Below are positions 1-9,152 of a DNA stretch of 64,000 nucleotides, piece by piece (the stretch's first letter is position 1; every line of letters starts with the position of its first letter). This stretch comes from Thermodesulfobacteriota bacterium (GTDB lineage: Bacteria > Desulfobacterota > Desulfarculia > JACQYL01). The stretch is taken from positions 3,008,001-3,072,000 of the forward strand of contig CAXXLZ010000002.1 in assembly GCA_963675595.2 (NCBI GenBank). The letters are read 5' to 3'. A program made the translations under genes and the position numbers. Under the pieces are notes generated by a model. That model searched no databases. It was not told the DNA's origin and worked only from the letters and a program-made list of their open reading frames with translations.

Positions 1-143
1 AGAACCGTCCGACCTTCCTTCAAGTAACCCCGCACAGCCGACTCGTCCATCCCTGGGTCGAACACCGTATCATAACCCAAGATTCTCAACCACTTCGCCG
101 TACGACCCAGCATCCTGTCCGCGGCGAACCGAGTTACGCTCAT
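1..143 (-). CDS. Mut7-C RNase (PIN-like) domain protein, 5' part (continues beyond window start)
   Basis: Not in the ORF track. Manual translation from ATG at 143 gives MSVTRFAADRMLGRTAKWLRILGYDTV, matching the Mut7-C N-terminal signature (F.aD.MLGrla+WLRi.GyDt). The ATG overlaps the upstream TGA (ATGA). Confidence 0.8.
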   Translation of the reverse strand, partial: MSVTRFAADRMLGRTAKWLRILGYDTVFDPGMDESAVRGYLKEGRTV

Positions 144-910
144 TTCTCTATGAATAGGTCCGGTATTTCAAGTGCGAATTGCTCAGCCCCAATCTTCGGA
201 TTCACCATCACCTTCCTAAGTCGGATGTCCAAAGCCGCCAAATGCACGGGCAATTCAACCAAAATCTCTTCGGGCAAAAGCTCTCCGTCCATCTCCATCG
301 ACCCTTCGTACGTTACTTCAAAGCGCGGCGTACCCCCCTCACGAAGTTCAAAGCCTTCCACGGGACCCTCCATCGAGCGCAACCGAATTTCCTGCTCCAA
401 TTCCTCAACCCCGGTACCCCACAAAACCACGCGGACATGCCCGTCCTTCATGTTTTCCAGGCAGCTCATTCCGTCGAACTCAATCGGCCTCACGCCTCCG
501 TAGAAAGTCGAAGAAAGCTGATCCAAAGGAATCTCCAAATCGCCGCCCAAGTTGACCCATCCGCCTCCGGCGTCCTTCCTCGAAAAGGTCCCTTCCGTGA
601 AATCCAAAATCGTAACCTTCCCGGGAACCGAGGAAACAAACACAACCGGATCACCGGTAGGCAGAAACAGCTTGACCAAGCCGTAGTCGGGCCCCAGAAA
701 AGCGCCCACCATGCGTAATCGGTGCTCATTGGTCATGGACCGCACCACCATCTCCCCCATGACCACCAGGGAATGAAATCTCCCGTTTCTCGCTTCCACG
801 ACTTCAAGCGCCCGCGGGCCGTCACATCCAACTCTCCGAGAGACGCCCAGCCAACCGCAACCGGGCAAAAGCAGCAGGATCAGGAACCAATGCCACTTCG
901 CCGGAGTCAT
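140..910 (-). CDS. Putative outer-membrane lipoprotein, LolA/LolB-like fold (DUF4292-like)
   Basis: Lipobox LLPG-C after a hydrophobic N-terminus; beta-rich C-terminus (VNPKIGAEQFALEIP) typical of LolA/LolB-like proteins; coupled to the TPR gene. Confidence 0.55.
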   Translation of the reverse strand: MTPAKWHWFLILLLLPGCGWLGVSRRVGCDGPRALEVVEARNGRFHSLVVMGEMVVRSMTNEHRLRMVGAFLGPDYGLVKLFLPTGDPVVFVSSVPGKVTILDFTEGTFSRKDAGGGWVNLGGDLEIPLDQLSSTFYGGVRPIEFDGMSCLENMKDGHVRVVLWGTGVEELEQEIRLRSMEGPVEGFELREGGTPRFEVTYEGSMEMDGELLPEEILVELPVHLAALDIRLRKVMVNPKIGAEQFALEIPDLFIEK

Positions 911-2715
911 CAGTTAGAGCCTCCCTCCTTTTCCTGCTCCATTCTCATTTCCAACTCTCGAATCTTCGACTCGACGCGTTCCCGATCTCCCTTTGAGAAT
1001 TCCAACGCCTTCCGATACATTTCCAAAGCTCGATCCAGTTTCCCCAATCCAACCAGGGCATCTCCAAGATGTTCCGTGATTATCGGATCCTCCGGTACCA
1101 TCGCCGAGGCCCTTTCCAGCTCCCCTACCGCCTCTCGGTACTTCCCCTTCCGATAGAGCACCCATCCTAAGCTGTCTACGATGTATCCGCTGTCCGGACT
1201 TTGCTTCAGGGCCTTTCGGATCATTTGTTCAGCTTCATCTAGTTTGATTCCCTGATCGGCATACGTATAACCTATGAAGTTCAACGCATTGGCGTTTTCC
1301 TCATCGATCTCGAGAATCCTCCACATAGGCTTAAGGCTCTCTTCAACGCGTTTAAGCTTCTCGTAGATCACGCCTTCCTGGAAAAGAAGGTCGATATCGT
1401 CCGGGTTCGCCTCCAAGCCCCTCTGCAGCACCTCAAGAGCCGCCTCGTGCCTTCCCAACTCACCCAGTAAATAGGAAAGGCCCATGATCAATCTCGGTTG
1501 ATCGGGATGATCTTCCACGGACTTCTCAAGAACTTCCACGGCGCCGGATACGTTACCCTTCTTCCTTAAAAGGTTCGCCAGTTGAAGTCTCGCATTCACA
1601 TATTCCGGCACGTAGGAAGGAATCTTCCGGTAAACCGCCTCCGCCTCGACCAAGTCCCCTTTCTCTTCGTAGGCCACGCCTAAAAAGAGCAGCGCCTCGT
1701 AATCCTCCTCATCGGCTTCCACCAGATCCTGAAATTCCTTCACCGCAAGATCGTATTTCTTGGCCTCCAGCAAGGTAACGGCGATCTTTCTCCTCATCGT
1801 GGGATCTTCCTTGGATATTTCCCTGAGCTCCCTGTACACCTCCCGGGCCTTCGCTTCCTCCTTACGGCTCAGAAAAAGTTCTCCAAGGGCCAAGTAAGCT
1901 TGGTAATTCATAGGCGAGGAGTCGATAATCTCACGATAAATCCGTTCCGCATCCTCTTCTCTTTTCAGCGCAATATAGATTCCTGCGAGATCCATCATCG
2001 CAGGGACAAAACCGGGGCGCAACTCCAACACCCGCTTCATGCTTTCCGCTGCTGAATCAAACTGCTTTGTCCGCATGTAGATACGCCCCAAAGCATACGG
2101 CCCCGCCGCGTCCCGAGGATGCGTTTCAGCCAACCGCTGGAAAGTCTTGATCGCCATATCCGCGTCGTTCCGTTCCAGGTACGAATTCCCAACATACAGA
2201 AGCGCCTCCCTCTGGTTGGGGTCGATCTGCAATACCCGTTCATAATACCGGAGCGCTTCATCATGTCTGCCCTGGCTGGAATGGATCCCCGCAAGAAACA
2301 AGAGGGCGCGAGTGTCTTTAGGATTCTTCTCCACAGCCCGTTCCGCATGTGCCAGCGCGGCCTCAGGATCGCCCATACGCCAAGCGCGTTGCGCATACTC
2401 GATCTCCAGGAAAGCCGAACCGGGATCCATTGAGATCGCCTGGTCCAATTCTTTCCCGGCAAGCTCCACCTCTCCTCGATTCAAGGCCAGCTCGGAACGT
2501 AGGTAGTGATAATAGGCCCCCTTTATCGGAGACGATTCCTCGCTCTCGATCACCCTGACATCAAGCCCTTTGGGTGGGAGAGGTTTCACTCCACCACAGG
2601 AGGAAAATCCCATCACCACGATCACGAGGATCAGCCACGCCGATGCGATCGATTTCAAAGCGCTCCCTTTCATACTCCAAATTCTACTTTCGGCGTCTCG
2701 CCGTTCCGGCATCAT
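910..2715 (-). CDS. Tetratricopeptide repeat lipoprotein
   Basis: Many TPR units; C-terminal ALNFIGYTYAD...DSLGWVLYR motif of the TPR family often found next to lolB; FSS-C lipobox; start uncertain (2673-2721). Confidence 0.85.
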   Translation of the reverse strand: MMPERRDAESRIWSMKGSALKSIASAWLILVIVVMGFSSCGGVKPLPPKGLDVRVIESEESSPIKGAYYHYLRSELALNRGEVELAGKELDQAISMDPGSAFLEIEYAQRAWRMGDPEAALAHAERAVEKNPKDTRALLFLAGIHSSQGRHDEALRYYERVLQIDPNQREALLYVGNSYLERNDADMAIKTFQRLAETHPRDAAGPYALGRIYMRTKQFDSAAESMKRVLELRPGFVPAMMDLAGIYIALKREEDAERIYREIIDSSPMNYQAYLALGELFLSRKEEAKAREVYRELREISKEDPTMRRKIAVTLLEAKKYDLAVKEFQDLVEADEEDYEALLFLGVAYEEKGDLVEAEAVYRKIPSYVPEYVNARLQLANLLRKKGNVSGAVEVLEKSVEDHPDQPRLIMGLSYLLGELGRHEAALEVLQRGLEANPDDIDLLFQEGVIYEKLKRVEESLKPMWRILEIDEENANALNFIGYTYADQGIKLDEAEQMIRKALKQSPDSGYIVDSLGWVLYRKGKYREAVGELERASAMVPEDPIITEHLGDALVGLGKLDRALEMYRKALEFSKGDRERVESKIRELEMRMEQEKEGGSN

Positions 2716-2853
2716 TCCCAACCGCCTGTCCTATCCTACGCCTCGATCCAGGCAACTCGCTTTTCACGCCCCTCAACCGGCGTTTCCCAAAAAGCCCATC
2801 CGGTCCCAACAATGAAAGCAGGGTCACAAAACCCACCACTCACTGAGCGGCGG

Positions 2854-3831
2854 TTACTTGCCCTCCCCTTGACCTCCATATTCCTGACCGAGTTCAGGAG
2901 CATGTTCATCAAGATACGCCCGAATCTTCTTGATCAGCCTGGATTGTATCTGCCTCACTCTCTCTCTCGAGATGTCGTACTTTTCGCCTATGGCCTGCAG
3001 GGTGCTCGGTTCTTCGGCAAGCAGACGCTCATCCATGATGACTAATTCCTTGTCTTTGAGCGTGCTTCTGAATTCCTGTAGGCGATCACGGAAAATCTGC
3101 ATCGTCTCGAGCTCGGAGAGTTCTTCGTCCACCGCAGTCTGCTCGGCCGGCAGGAAGTCCTTGTGTTCATCGTCGGAGTCCGCCTTAACGGGAGATTCCA
3201 AAGATACGTCCCAGGAACTCAGCCGCTGGTCCATCTCAATAATCTGATCGGGGCGAACATCCAGCGTCTCTGCCAGCAACTTGGGAGTCGGTTCGAACCC
3301 CAAATACGCCAACCGATCTTTCTCTTTGTTCAAATTGAAAAACAACTTCCGCTGGACCTGTGTGGTGCCGATCTTGACCAGCTTCCAATTGTCCATGATA
3401 AAACGAAGGATGTAGGCCTTGATCCAATAAGACGCGTAGTAAGAGAACTTGATCTCCCGGTATGGATCGAACTTCTTCACCGCCTGAATCAGCCCGATGT
3501 TACCCTCTTGAATCAAGTCAAGGAGATTCTGCATCCAATATCTTTGAAAATCCAATGCAATCTTTACAACGAGCCGCAGATTGGCCGTGGTCAGTCGATA
3601 AGCCGCCTCCATGTCCTGATTCTCATAGTACCGTACGGCGAGGCTTTTTTCTTCTTCCGGGGTAAGCAGCTTGTATTGGTTGATTTCCCAGAGGTAACGT
3701 CGCAAAGGATCAAATGGGGCCGGCGGAGAATGAGCATGCCCCGAGTTCGAAGCAGCCTTTTGTTCCTTCGGCTTCCGGGCCTTCCCCTCTGAATTCTTAG
3801 GATTCTTTTTCTTTTGGGCCTTTTTCTCCAT
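2854..3831 (-). CDS. rpoH: RNA polymerase sigma factor, sigma32/RpoH family
   Basis: Region 2 ANLRLVVKIA..DLIQEGNIGLIQAVKKFDP, RpoH box QRKLFFNL, region 4 ISRERVRQIQ. Confidence 0.9.
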   Translation of the reverse strand: MEKKAQKKKNPKNSEGKARKPKEQKAASNSGHAHSPPAPFDPLRRYLWEINQYKLLTPEEEKSLAVRYYENQDMEAAYRLTTANLRLVVKIALDFQRYWMQNLLDLIQEGNIGLIQAVKKFDPYREIKFSYYASYWIKAYILRFIMDNWKLVKIGTTQVQRKLFFNLNKEKDRLAYLGFEPTPKLLAETLDVRPDQIIEMDQRLSSWDVSLESPVKADSDDEHKDFLPAEQTAVDEELSELETMQIFRDRLQEFRSTLKDKELVIMDERLLAEEPSTLQAIGEKYDISRERVRQIQSRLIKKIRAYLDEHAPELGQEYGGQGEGK

Positions 3832-4037
3832 GTCGAATTCACATGCTCCGCTTCAAAAAGGGGTCAATAAAATAATTCCCCGCTGGTAACCCACCTTCTT
3901 TCGAATACGCTTCGTTTTCCACCCGCAACCGCACGAGGACATCACGGACGATAAACACAAAAAGTCTATCCGCATTTGCAGCATAGTCAAGCACAACGCC
4001 CGCTCATTCGAAATCTCGACCTGCGGATCGGCAGAAA

Positions 4038-4084
4038 GCAAAAGCCGACTCCGCGGCCCTCGGCCCCGATCGTCGGCTTTTTGC
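4038..4084. terminator. Probable intrinsic terminator downstream of the ABC operon
   Basis: Inverted repeat GCAAAAGCCGAC / GTCGGCTTTTTGC with A/T tracts on both sides. Confidence 0.55.
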
Positions 4085-4137
4085 AGACTGCCGAATGAGG
4101 CACCTAATCGGCGCTCCCACACGGTTTCAACATGCCG

Positions 4138-4743
4138 TTACTGAGGGAAGACCCCACTGAAGGCGGAAACGGCGCTGATGCCGTCCGCCGAGAAACCGGC
4201 AGTTCCTTCCTTCACATAGATTGGAAAGGAAAAGGAAGCAATCCCGGTCCACCAAGCCTCAAGCTGTTCCATGAGACCGATGTTCTTCTCTTTCAGCTTG
4301 AATCCTCCGGTAACCCCGAGACTCAGCAGACTCGTCCGGGCGTCGAAGACCGCAATCACTCGATACTGGCTGGTCTTCCCTGCGGGAACCCACATCGTCT
4401 CATAGGTGTTCACCGTGTTCAATTCAAATTCCTCAAAGGCCACGGTGAACTTGAAGGTTTCCATTTCCACCGGATACTCGTTGGGATTGGTCACATCGAA
4501 GACAAACGCCAGAACCAGAGGCGCACCACGATCCGCAGCAGGGCCCTTGGTGGGTTCGATCTTCTTGCTGTAATAATACCATCCCCAGTAGTTCGCCACT
4601 TCCACGTGATCCAACGTCACTACCGGAGTCTTGAAGTTGCTTTCAGAAGGTTTGACCGGAACACATCCCGTTACAGCCACCAAGACAAACATCAGGGCGA
4701 CCGAGAGTACAGCGCCCATCACGGGTAGTCTATTTCTTCCCAT
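4138..4743 (-). CDS. Lipoprotein with LEA_2/WHy-like beta domain
   Basis: Lipobox VTG-C; FDVTNPNEYPVEMETFKFTV resembles the LEA_2 V.NPN.ypl pattern; last gene of the ABC operon. Confidence 0.6.
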   Translation of the reverse strand: MGRNRLPVMGAVLSVALMFVLVAVTGCVPVKPSESNFKTPVVTLDHVEVANYWGWYYYSKKIEPTKGPAADRGAPLVLAFVFDVTNPNEYPVEMETFKFTVAFEEFELNTVNTYETMWVPAGKTSQYRVIAVFDARTSLLSLGVTGGFKLKEKNIGLMEQLEAWWTGIASFSFPIYVKEGTAGFSADGISAVSAFSGVFPQ

Positions 4744-4765
4744 TTGAGCCTCCTCTTTACAGTTC

Positions 4766-5584
4766 CTACGTCAACCAGCGCTTTCGTCGTTTGTAATGCT
4801 TCACGTCGCGAAAGCTCTTTCTGCCTCCCACGTCCGTGAGCCCAAGATAGAAATCCTTAATGTCCGGGTTCTCTCGCAGCTTTTCAGCGTTGTCGTCCAT
4901 CACCACACGCCCGTTCTCCATAACATAAGCGTAAGGTGCCACGCTGAGAGCCAACTTCGCATTCTGCTCCACCAAGAGGAGAGTGATTGCCTGCTCGTGG
5001 TTCAGCCTTGTAATGATGTTGAAGATTTCATGGATCAACATCGGCGCAAGCCCCATCGAGGGTTCATCCAGCAAGATCAATTTGGGTTCCGTCATCAGCG
5101 CACGGCCCACCACCGTCATCTGCTGCTCACCCCCACTGATGAACCCCGCGGTTTCATTCCGTTTTTCCCTGAGCCGAGGGAAGTACCGGTAGACCATTTC
5201 GAGCCCTTCGCGCATGCTCGCTCGATTGGACTTCCTCAAGTGAGCTCCCACCTTGAGGTTCTGCTCCACCGTAAGGTGCTCGAACACCCTCCGTCCCTCG
5301 ATCACCTGAACGATCCCGCGTTGTGCGATCCGCTCCGCCGGCAGTCGATCGACCCGCTCGCCCTCGAACTCGATATTTCCATCGCTCACGGTGCCGTCTT
5401 CATGTTTCAGCAACCCCGAAATTGCTTTCAGGGTCGTGCTCTTTCCGGCACCGTTGGCCCCCAGCAAGGCCACGATCCCCCCTCGGGGCACCTCGATGGA
5501 TACTCCTTTGAGAACAAGGATAACCTCGTGGTATTTAACCTCGATGTTGTTGATTTTCAGGATCGCATCCGAAGTCGACGACAA
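4766..5584 (-). CDS. livF: Branched-chain/HAAT family ABC transporter ATP-binding protein (LivF-like)
   Basis: Walker A GANGAGKS, signature ISGGEQQM, Walker B LLDEPS, VEQN; TTG start with AAGGAGG SD. Confidence 0.9.
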   Translation of the reverse strand: MSSTSDAILKINNIEVKYHEVILVLKGVSIEVPRGGIVALLGANGAGKSTTLKAISGLLKHEDGTVSDGNIEFEGERVDRLPAERIAQRGIVQVIEGRRVFEHLTVEQNLKVGAHLRKSNRASMREGLEMVYRYFPRLREKRNETAGFISGGEQQMTVVGRALMTEPKLILLDEPSMGLAPMLIHEIFNIITRLNHEQAITLLLVEQNAKLALSVAPYAYVMENGRVVMDDNAEKLRENPDIKDFYLGLTDVGGRKSFRDVKHYKRRKRWLT

Positions 5585-5647
5585 CAGTTTCCCCTCCTTG
5601 GTGATTCGCCCGGACGAGACCGGTAAGAAGCCTTTTCCGCCTTCCGA

Positions 5648-6895
5648 TTACCAGCCGAGCCACTCCTTCTCCCATTTTTCGGGCCAACGCCCCTTCACAT
5701 CCACCTTTTCCAGGAGCTCGAAGGTCTTTCCTTTGTACTGATAGATATTCACCTGCCCGGCGGGCCTGTGGTCCGTTGCGGTGAAGGTCACGGGAGAAGC
5801 ACCCAACCCGATCTCGAAATCCTTCAAGGTTTCAAAACCATCCTTCAGGATGTCCGGCCCGGCCAAGGAGCCGGCCTTGTCGGCCCTTCTCATGGCTTCC
5901 GTCGCGATGATCACGTTACACCACCCCTGAACGGTCCGAATCAGACGCTTTTCCATGGGGATCCCGGGATTGTACTTCTTCGCGTATTCAACCACCTTGT
6001 CCATCAAAGGCACATTTTCACCGAAAAACGCACACGGAGCCACACCAATGGCGCCTTCGGCCGCCTCACCGGCCAGCCGCGGCAGGTTCTCGTCAAAGCC
6101 CCAGTTGTCGATGATGCTGTCGGCTTTCAGTCCGAGGGCATACATGTCCCTCAGAGTCGCCGCCACGCTCATAGTGGTATTACCGTGCCATACCACATCC
6201 GGCTTGAAGTCCTTCATGGCCAAAACCTGGCTCTTGGTGTCCAGCGCCAACAAAGATACGTCCTGATCTTCACCAATATCAAAACCCAACAGTTCCGCAT
6301 GGTTCTTAACCGCTTTAATGGGAGCGCTGCAGTAAGGAGATGCAAACATATAGCAGCACTGAAAGCGCGGTTTCCGTTTTCCATAATCCGGGTTCTTGGG
6401 CCAAATCTTGTCGAACCATGCCGTCAAAGCCGCACGAGCGTTGGTCGAGTAGTCGGTTGAGAAAAAGAGGTTATAGGGTGTTTTCGCCGGATCGGTCAGG
6501 TGAGCCGAGTAGGACGCGGACACGTACGGCATCTGATCCTTGGTAACGGTAGGCGACAAGGCTTCGGTATCTCCTGTTCCCCATCCCTGAATGAGCTTGC
6601 ATTTCAGCCGCTTAAACAAATTGTATTTGGTCAGAGCCTCTGGAATCCGGTAACCATAGTCAAACTGATATACCTTGATTTGTTTCCCGTTGATCCCTCC
6701 GGTGTCGTTCATGTAACGGTACGCTTCCGCCACCCCCAACGCGTAATCTTTGCCCACGTCGGACGTTGCTCCGGTCATGTCGTTCAGAGCACCGATGATC
6801 ACCTTGCTCGCCGCTGCCGGCCCTGAAAAACCCAGCACCAGTGCCAGAACCAAAACCGTGCTAACTAACCCCCTTAATCGCAATTCGGACTTCAT
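5648..6895 (-). CDS. HAAT family ABC transporter substrate-binding protein
   Basis: Signal peptide ending PAAA; IGALNDMTGATSDVG, GGINGKQI, QGWGTGDTEAL (type I PBP); start set at ATG 6895 after a G-rich SD. Confidence 0.88.
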   Translation of the reverse strand: MKSELRLRGLVSTVLVLALVLGFSGPAAASKVIIGALNDMTGATSDVGKDYALGVAEAYRYMNDTGGINGKQIKVYQFDYGYRIPEALTKYNLFKRLKCKLIQGWGTGDTEALSPTVTKDQMPYVSASYSAHLTDPAKTPYNLFFSTDYSTNARAALTAWFDKIWPKNPDYGKRKPRFQCCYMFASPYCSAPIKAVKNHAELLGFDIGEDQDVSLLALDTKSQVLAMKDFKPDVVWHGNTTMSVAATLRDMYALGLKADSIIDNWGFDENLPRLAGEAAEGAIGVAPCAFFGENVPLMDKVVEYAKKYNPGIPMEKRLIRTVQGWCNVIIATEAMRRADKAGSLAGPDILKDGFETLKDFEIGLGASPVTFTATDHRPAGQVNIYQYKGKTFELLEKVDVKGRWPEKWEKEWLGW

Positions 6896-7004
6896 ATACC
6901 CCCCTCTGTCCCGGATGGTTTGCTGCGTCCTGGTCAATCCCTTCACCTTCTTCAATCTCCCTGTTGTTTCACCTCCTTTCTCGGTTCTTCTCCGATGAGC
7001 TCCA

Positions 7005-8135
7005 TCAGTAAGAAAACGGCCACAGATTGAAGTAGTTCTTCACCTGCCACCATCGATAGGCCAACCCGTTGGGCTCGTAAATCAGGAAACCGCAAATGGC
7101 CAGCCCGAAAATTCCGTCTCGAATGTACATCGCCTTTACGAACAACGTGGGGAATGAGTCCCCCGTTACCAGGATGAAGCCGTCCAACACCTCAAGGAGC
7201 AAACCCATGAACACGGCGCCGAAAATAGCCCCATGCACGGATCCGGCGCCTCCGATAAGGATGATTCCCACCAGCCACAGAGACAGGAACCACGGAAACG
7301 ATTCCGGACTCAGAGCGGCAAGGTTGCTCACGTTGAACGCGCCGGCCACGCCTCCGAAGAACCCTGCAACGAAGAAGGCGAGCAGCTTGTATCCGACGAT
7401 GTTGATCCCCATGGTTTCCGCAGCGATGTCGTTATCACGTATCGCCACCCACGCACGACCGACTCTCGACCTCAAAAGGTTGATGAGTATTACGCAACAG
7501 AGCACCACCAACACCAGCATCAGGTAGTAGACTCTTATGTTGGTATCCATCACCCAGGGGCCTATTTTTATGGTTCCGGGAGGCAGTGAGAAAGCCTGGC
7601 CGCGGCCCCCGATCTGACTCACGTACTGTGTCAGGATGAAATCGACCGTGATGAATTGCGCCGCCATGGTAGTGAGGATTAAATAAAACCCTTTCACTTT
7701 GGCGGAGGGCAGACCGAAAAGCACGCTCCACAGACCGGCGGTTACAGCCGCCAAGAAAACGCTCAGGGGATAGGCCAACCCATAGTCCACCATGAATTGA
7801 GGCCAAGGCACCTGAAGCACCAGCAGTGTGCTCGTGTACGCCCCCACGGCGATGAACGCGGCATGGCCCAGAGTAACCTGTCCGCAAAACCCGATAAGGA
7901 GCTGAACGCCCAAGGCCCCGAGTACGTAGTAGCCGATCTTATTGAACACTGCAAAAGAGAACACCCCGCCCCAGAACTCGTACTCGGCCAAGCGTCCCTC
8001 CAGCAGGGGGAAGATCACGAACAGAAAAAGAAACAGCAGGATCATTTTCACCCGGATGACCGGGGTCTGCCACCACGCTTGGTCCTGAGCGTAACTCTCG
8101 TGGTAAAGTCCGCAGGGTAGGAAAGTACTCGACAT
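7005..8135 (-). CDS. livM: HAAT ABC transporter permease (LivM-like)
   Basis: GQVTLGHAAFIAVGAY, GRAWVAIRDNDIAAETMGIN motifs; polytopic. Confidence 0.88.
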   Translation of the reverse strand: MSSTFLPCGLYHESYAQDQAWWQTPVIRVKMILLFLFLFVIFPLLEGRLAEYEFWGGVFSFAVFNKIGYYVLGALGVQLLIGFCGQVTLGHAAFIAVGAYTSTLLVLQVPWPQFMVDYGLAYPLSVFLAAVTAGLWSVLFGLPSAKVKGFYLILTTMAAQFITVDFILTQYVSQIGGRGQAFSLPPGTIKIGPWVMDTNIRVYYLMLVLVVLCCVILINLLRSRVGRAWVAIRDNDIAAETMGINIVGYKLLAFFVAGFFGGVAGAFNVSNLAALSPESFPWFLSLWLVGIILIGGAGSVHGAIFGAVFMGLLLEVLDGFILVTGDSFPTLFVKAMYIRDGIFGLAICGFLIYEPNGLAYRWWQVKNYFNLWPFSY

Positions 8136-8254
8136 GGAGAATAGTCCTCCTCATTTTCCGCGGAGATCGCTCTCCACGACTCCACCACGGGGATTCACCC
8201 CGTCTTGATGCCCATTGCACCGGCGACGCAAGAACTCAAATTCTCACCGCAGGC

Positions 8255-9139
8255 TCACACCCGTTCTATGCGCTCCCAACCCCATAAGCCATAGGGCTTG
8301 AACAGCAAAAATACGGCCATAAAAGCGAAGGGGGCGATCTCCTTCACGCCGCCCGGGAAAAATCGGTCCAGATAAGCGCCGCAGAGGTTCTGCAGCACGC
8401 CGATGATAATCCCCCCGACTATGGCCCCCGGCACCGAGTTCAGCCCTCCGAGCACCACCGCCGGCAGCACGAGAAGTCCCAGGTAGCCGACGGAAATGTT
8501 CAATCCGTTGATGTTACCCAGCAGGCTTCCGCCCACGCCCGCGGCCATGAAGGCGATGGACCAAGCCGCGGCGTAGACGAACCGAGCACTGACTCCCAGG
8601 GAAAGCGCCGCCATCTCGTCGTCCGCCGTTGCCTGCATCGCCAAGCCCCACTTCGTGTATTGAAAGAACGCGACGAAGACCACCAAAAGCAATAATGCGA
8701 TGACAAAGCTCCAGAGGTATACCCTCCCGACTATCAGGAAGCCTAAGTGTAGCGGTTCGATGGAAAACACGGGAGGGTCGAAAACACGGGTGTCGGTTTC
8801 CCAGATGATCTGCACCACGGATTTGAAGAAGAACGACAGGCCCACCGTGACCATGATGACCGTCAGCACGGGTTCGCCGATCAGTCGATCCAGAAATATC
8901 CGTTCCGTGAGAATCCCGAGAATCAGGCCGATAATCAAGGAGAAGATTACGGCAAGGACAAAAGGAACCCCCGCCTGGTAGAACGACAGGGTGACATACG
9001 CCCCTATCAGGGTCAGTTCTCCCATGGCAAGGTTCAGGACGCCGGAACACTTGTAAATGAGTACCCATCCCAAGGCGATCAGCGCATAGATGCCTCCCAC
9101 CATAAGCCCCGTCGTCAGGGTCATCAAAAACAACTCCAT
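8255..9139 (-). CDS. livH: HAAT ABC transporter permease (LivH-like)
   Basis: GGIYALIALGWVLIYKCSGVLNLAMGE and VVLGGLNSVPGAIVGG motifs. Confidence 0.9.
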   Translation of the reverse strand: MELFLMTLTTGLMVGGIYALIALGWVLIYKCSGVLNLAMGELTLIGAYVTLSFYQAGVPFVLAVIFSLIIGLILGILTERIFLDRLIGEPVLTVIMVTVGLSFFFKSVVQIIWETDTRVFDPPVFSIEPLHLGFLIVGRVYLWSFVIALLLLVVFVAFFQYTKWGLAMQATADDEMAALSLGVSARFVYAAAWSIAFMAAGVGGSLLGNINGLNISVGYLGLLVLPAVVLGGLNSVPGAIVGGIIIGVLQNLCGAYLDRFFPGGVKEIAPFAFMAVFLLFKPYGLWGWERIERV

Positions 9140-9152
9140 CGGAGCCCTCCCC

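Noticed and set aside
8136-8254. 119-bp spacer between livH and livM as an inserted element
   Set aside because: No terminal repeats, no target duplication and no second copy seen.
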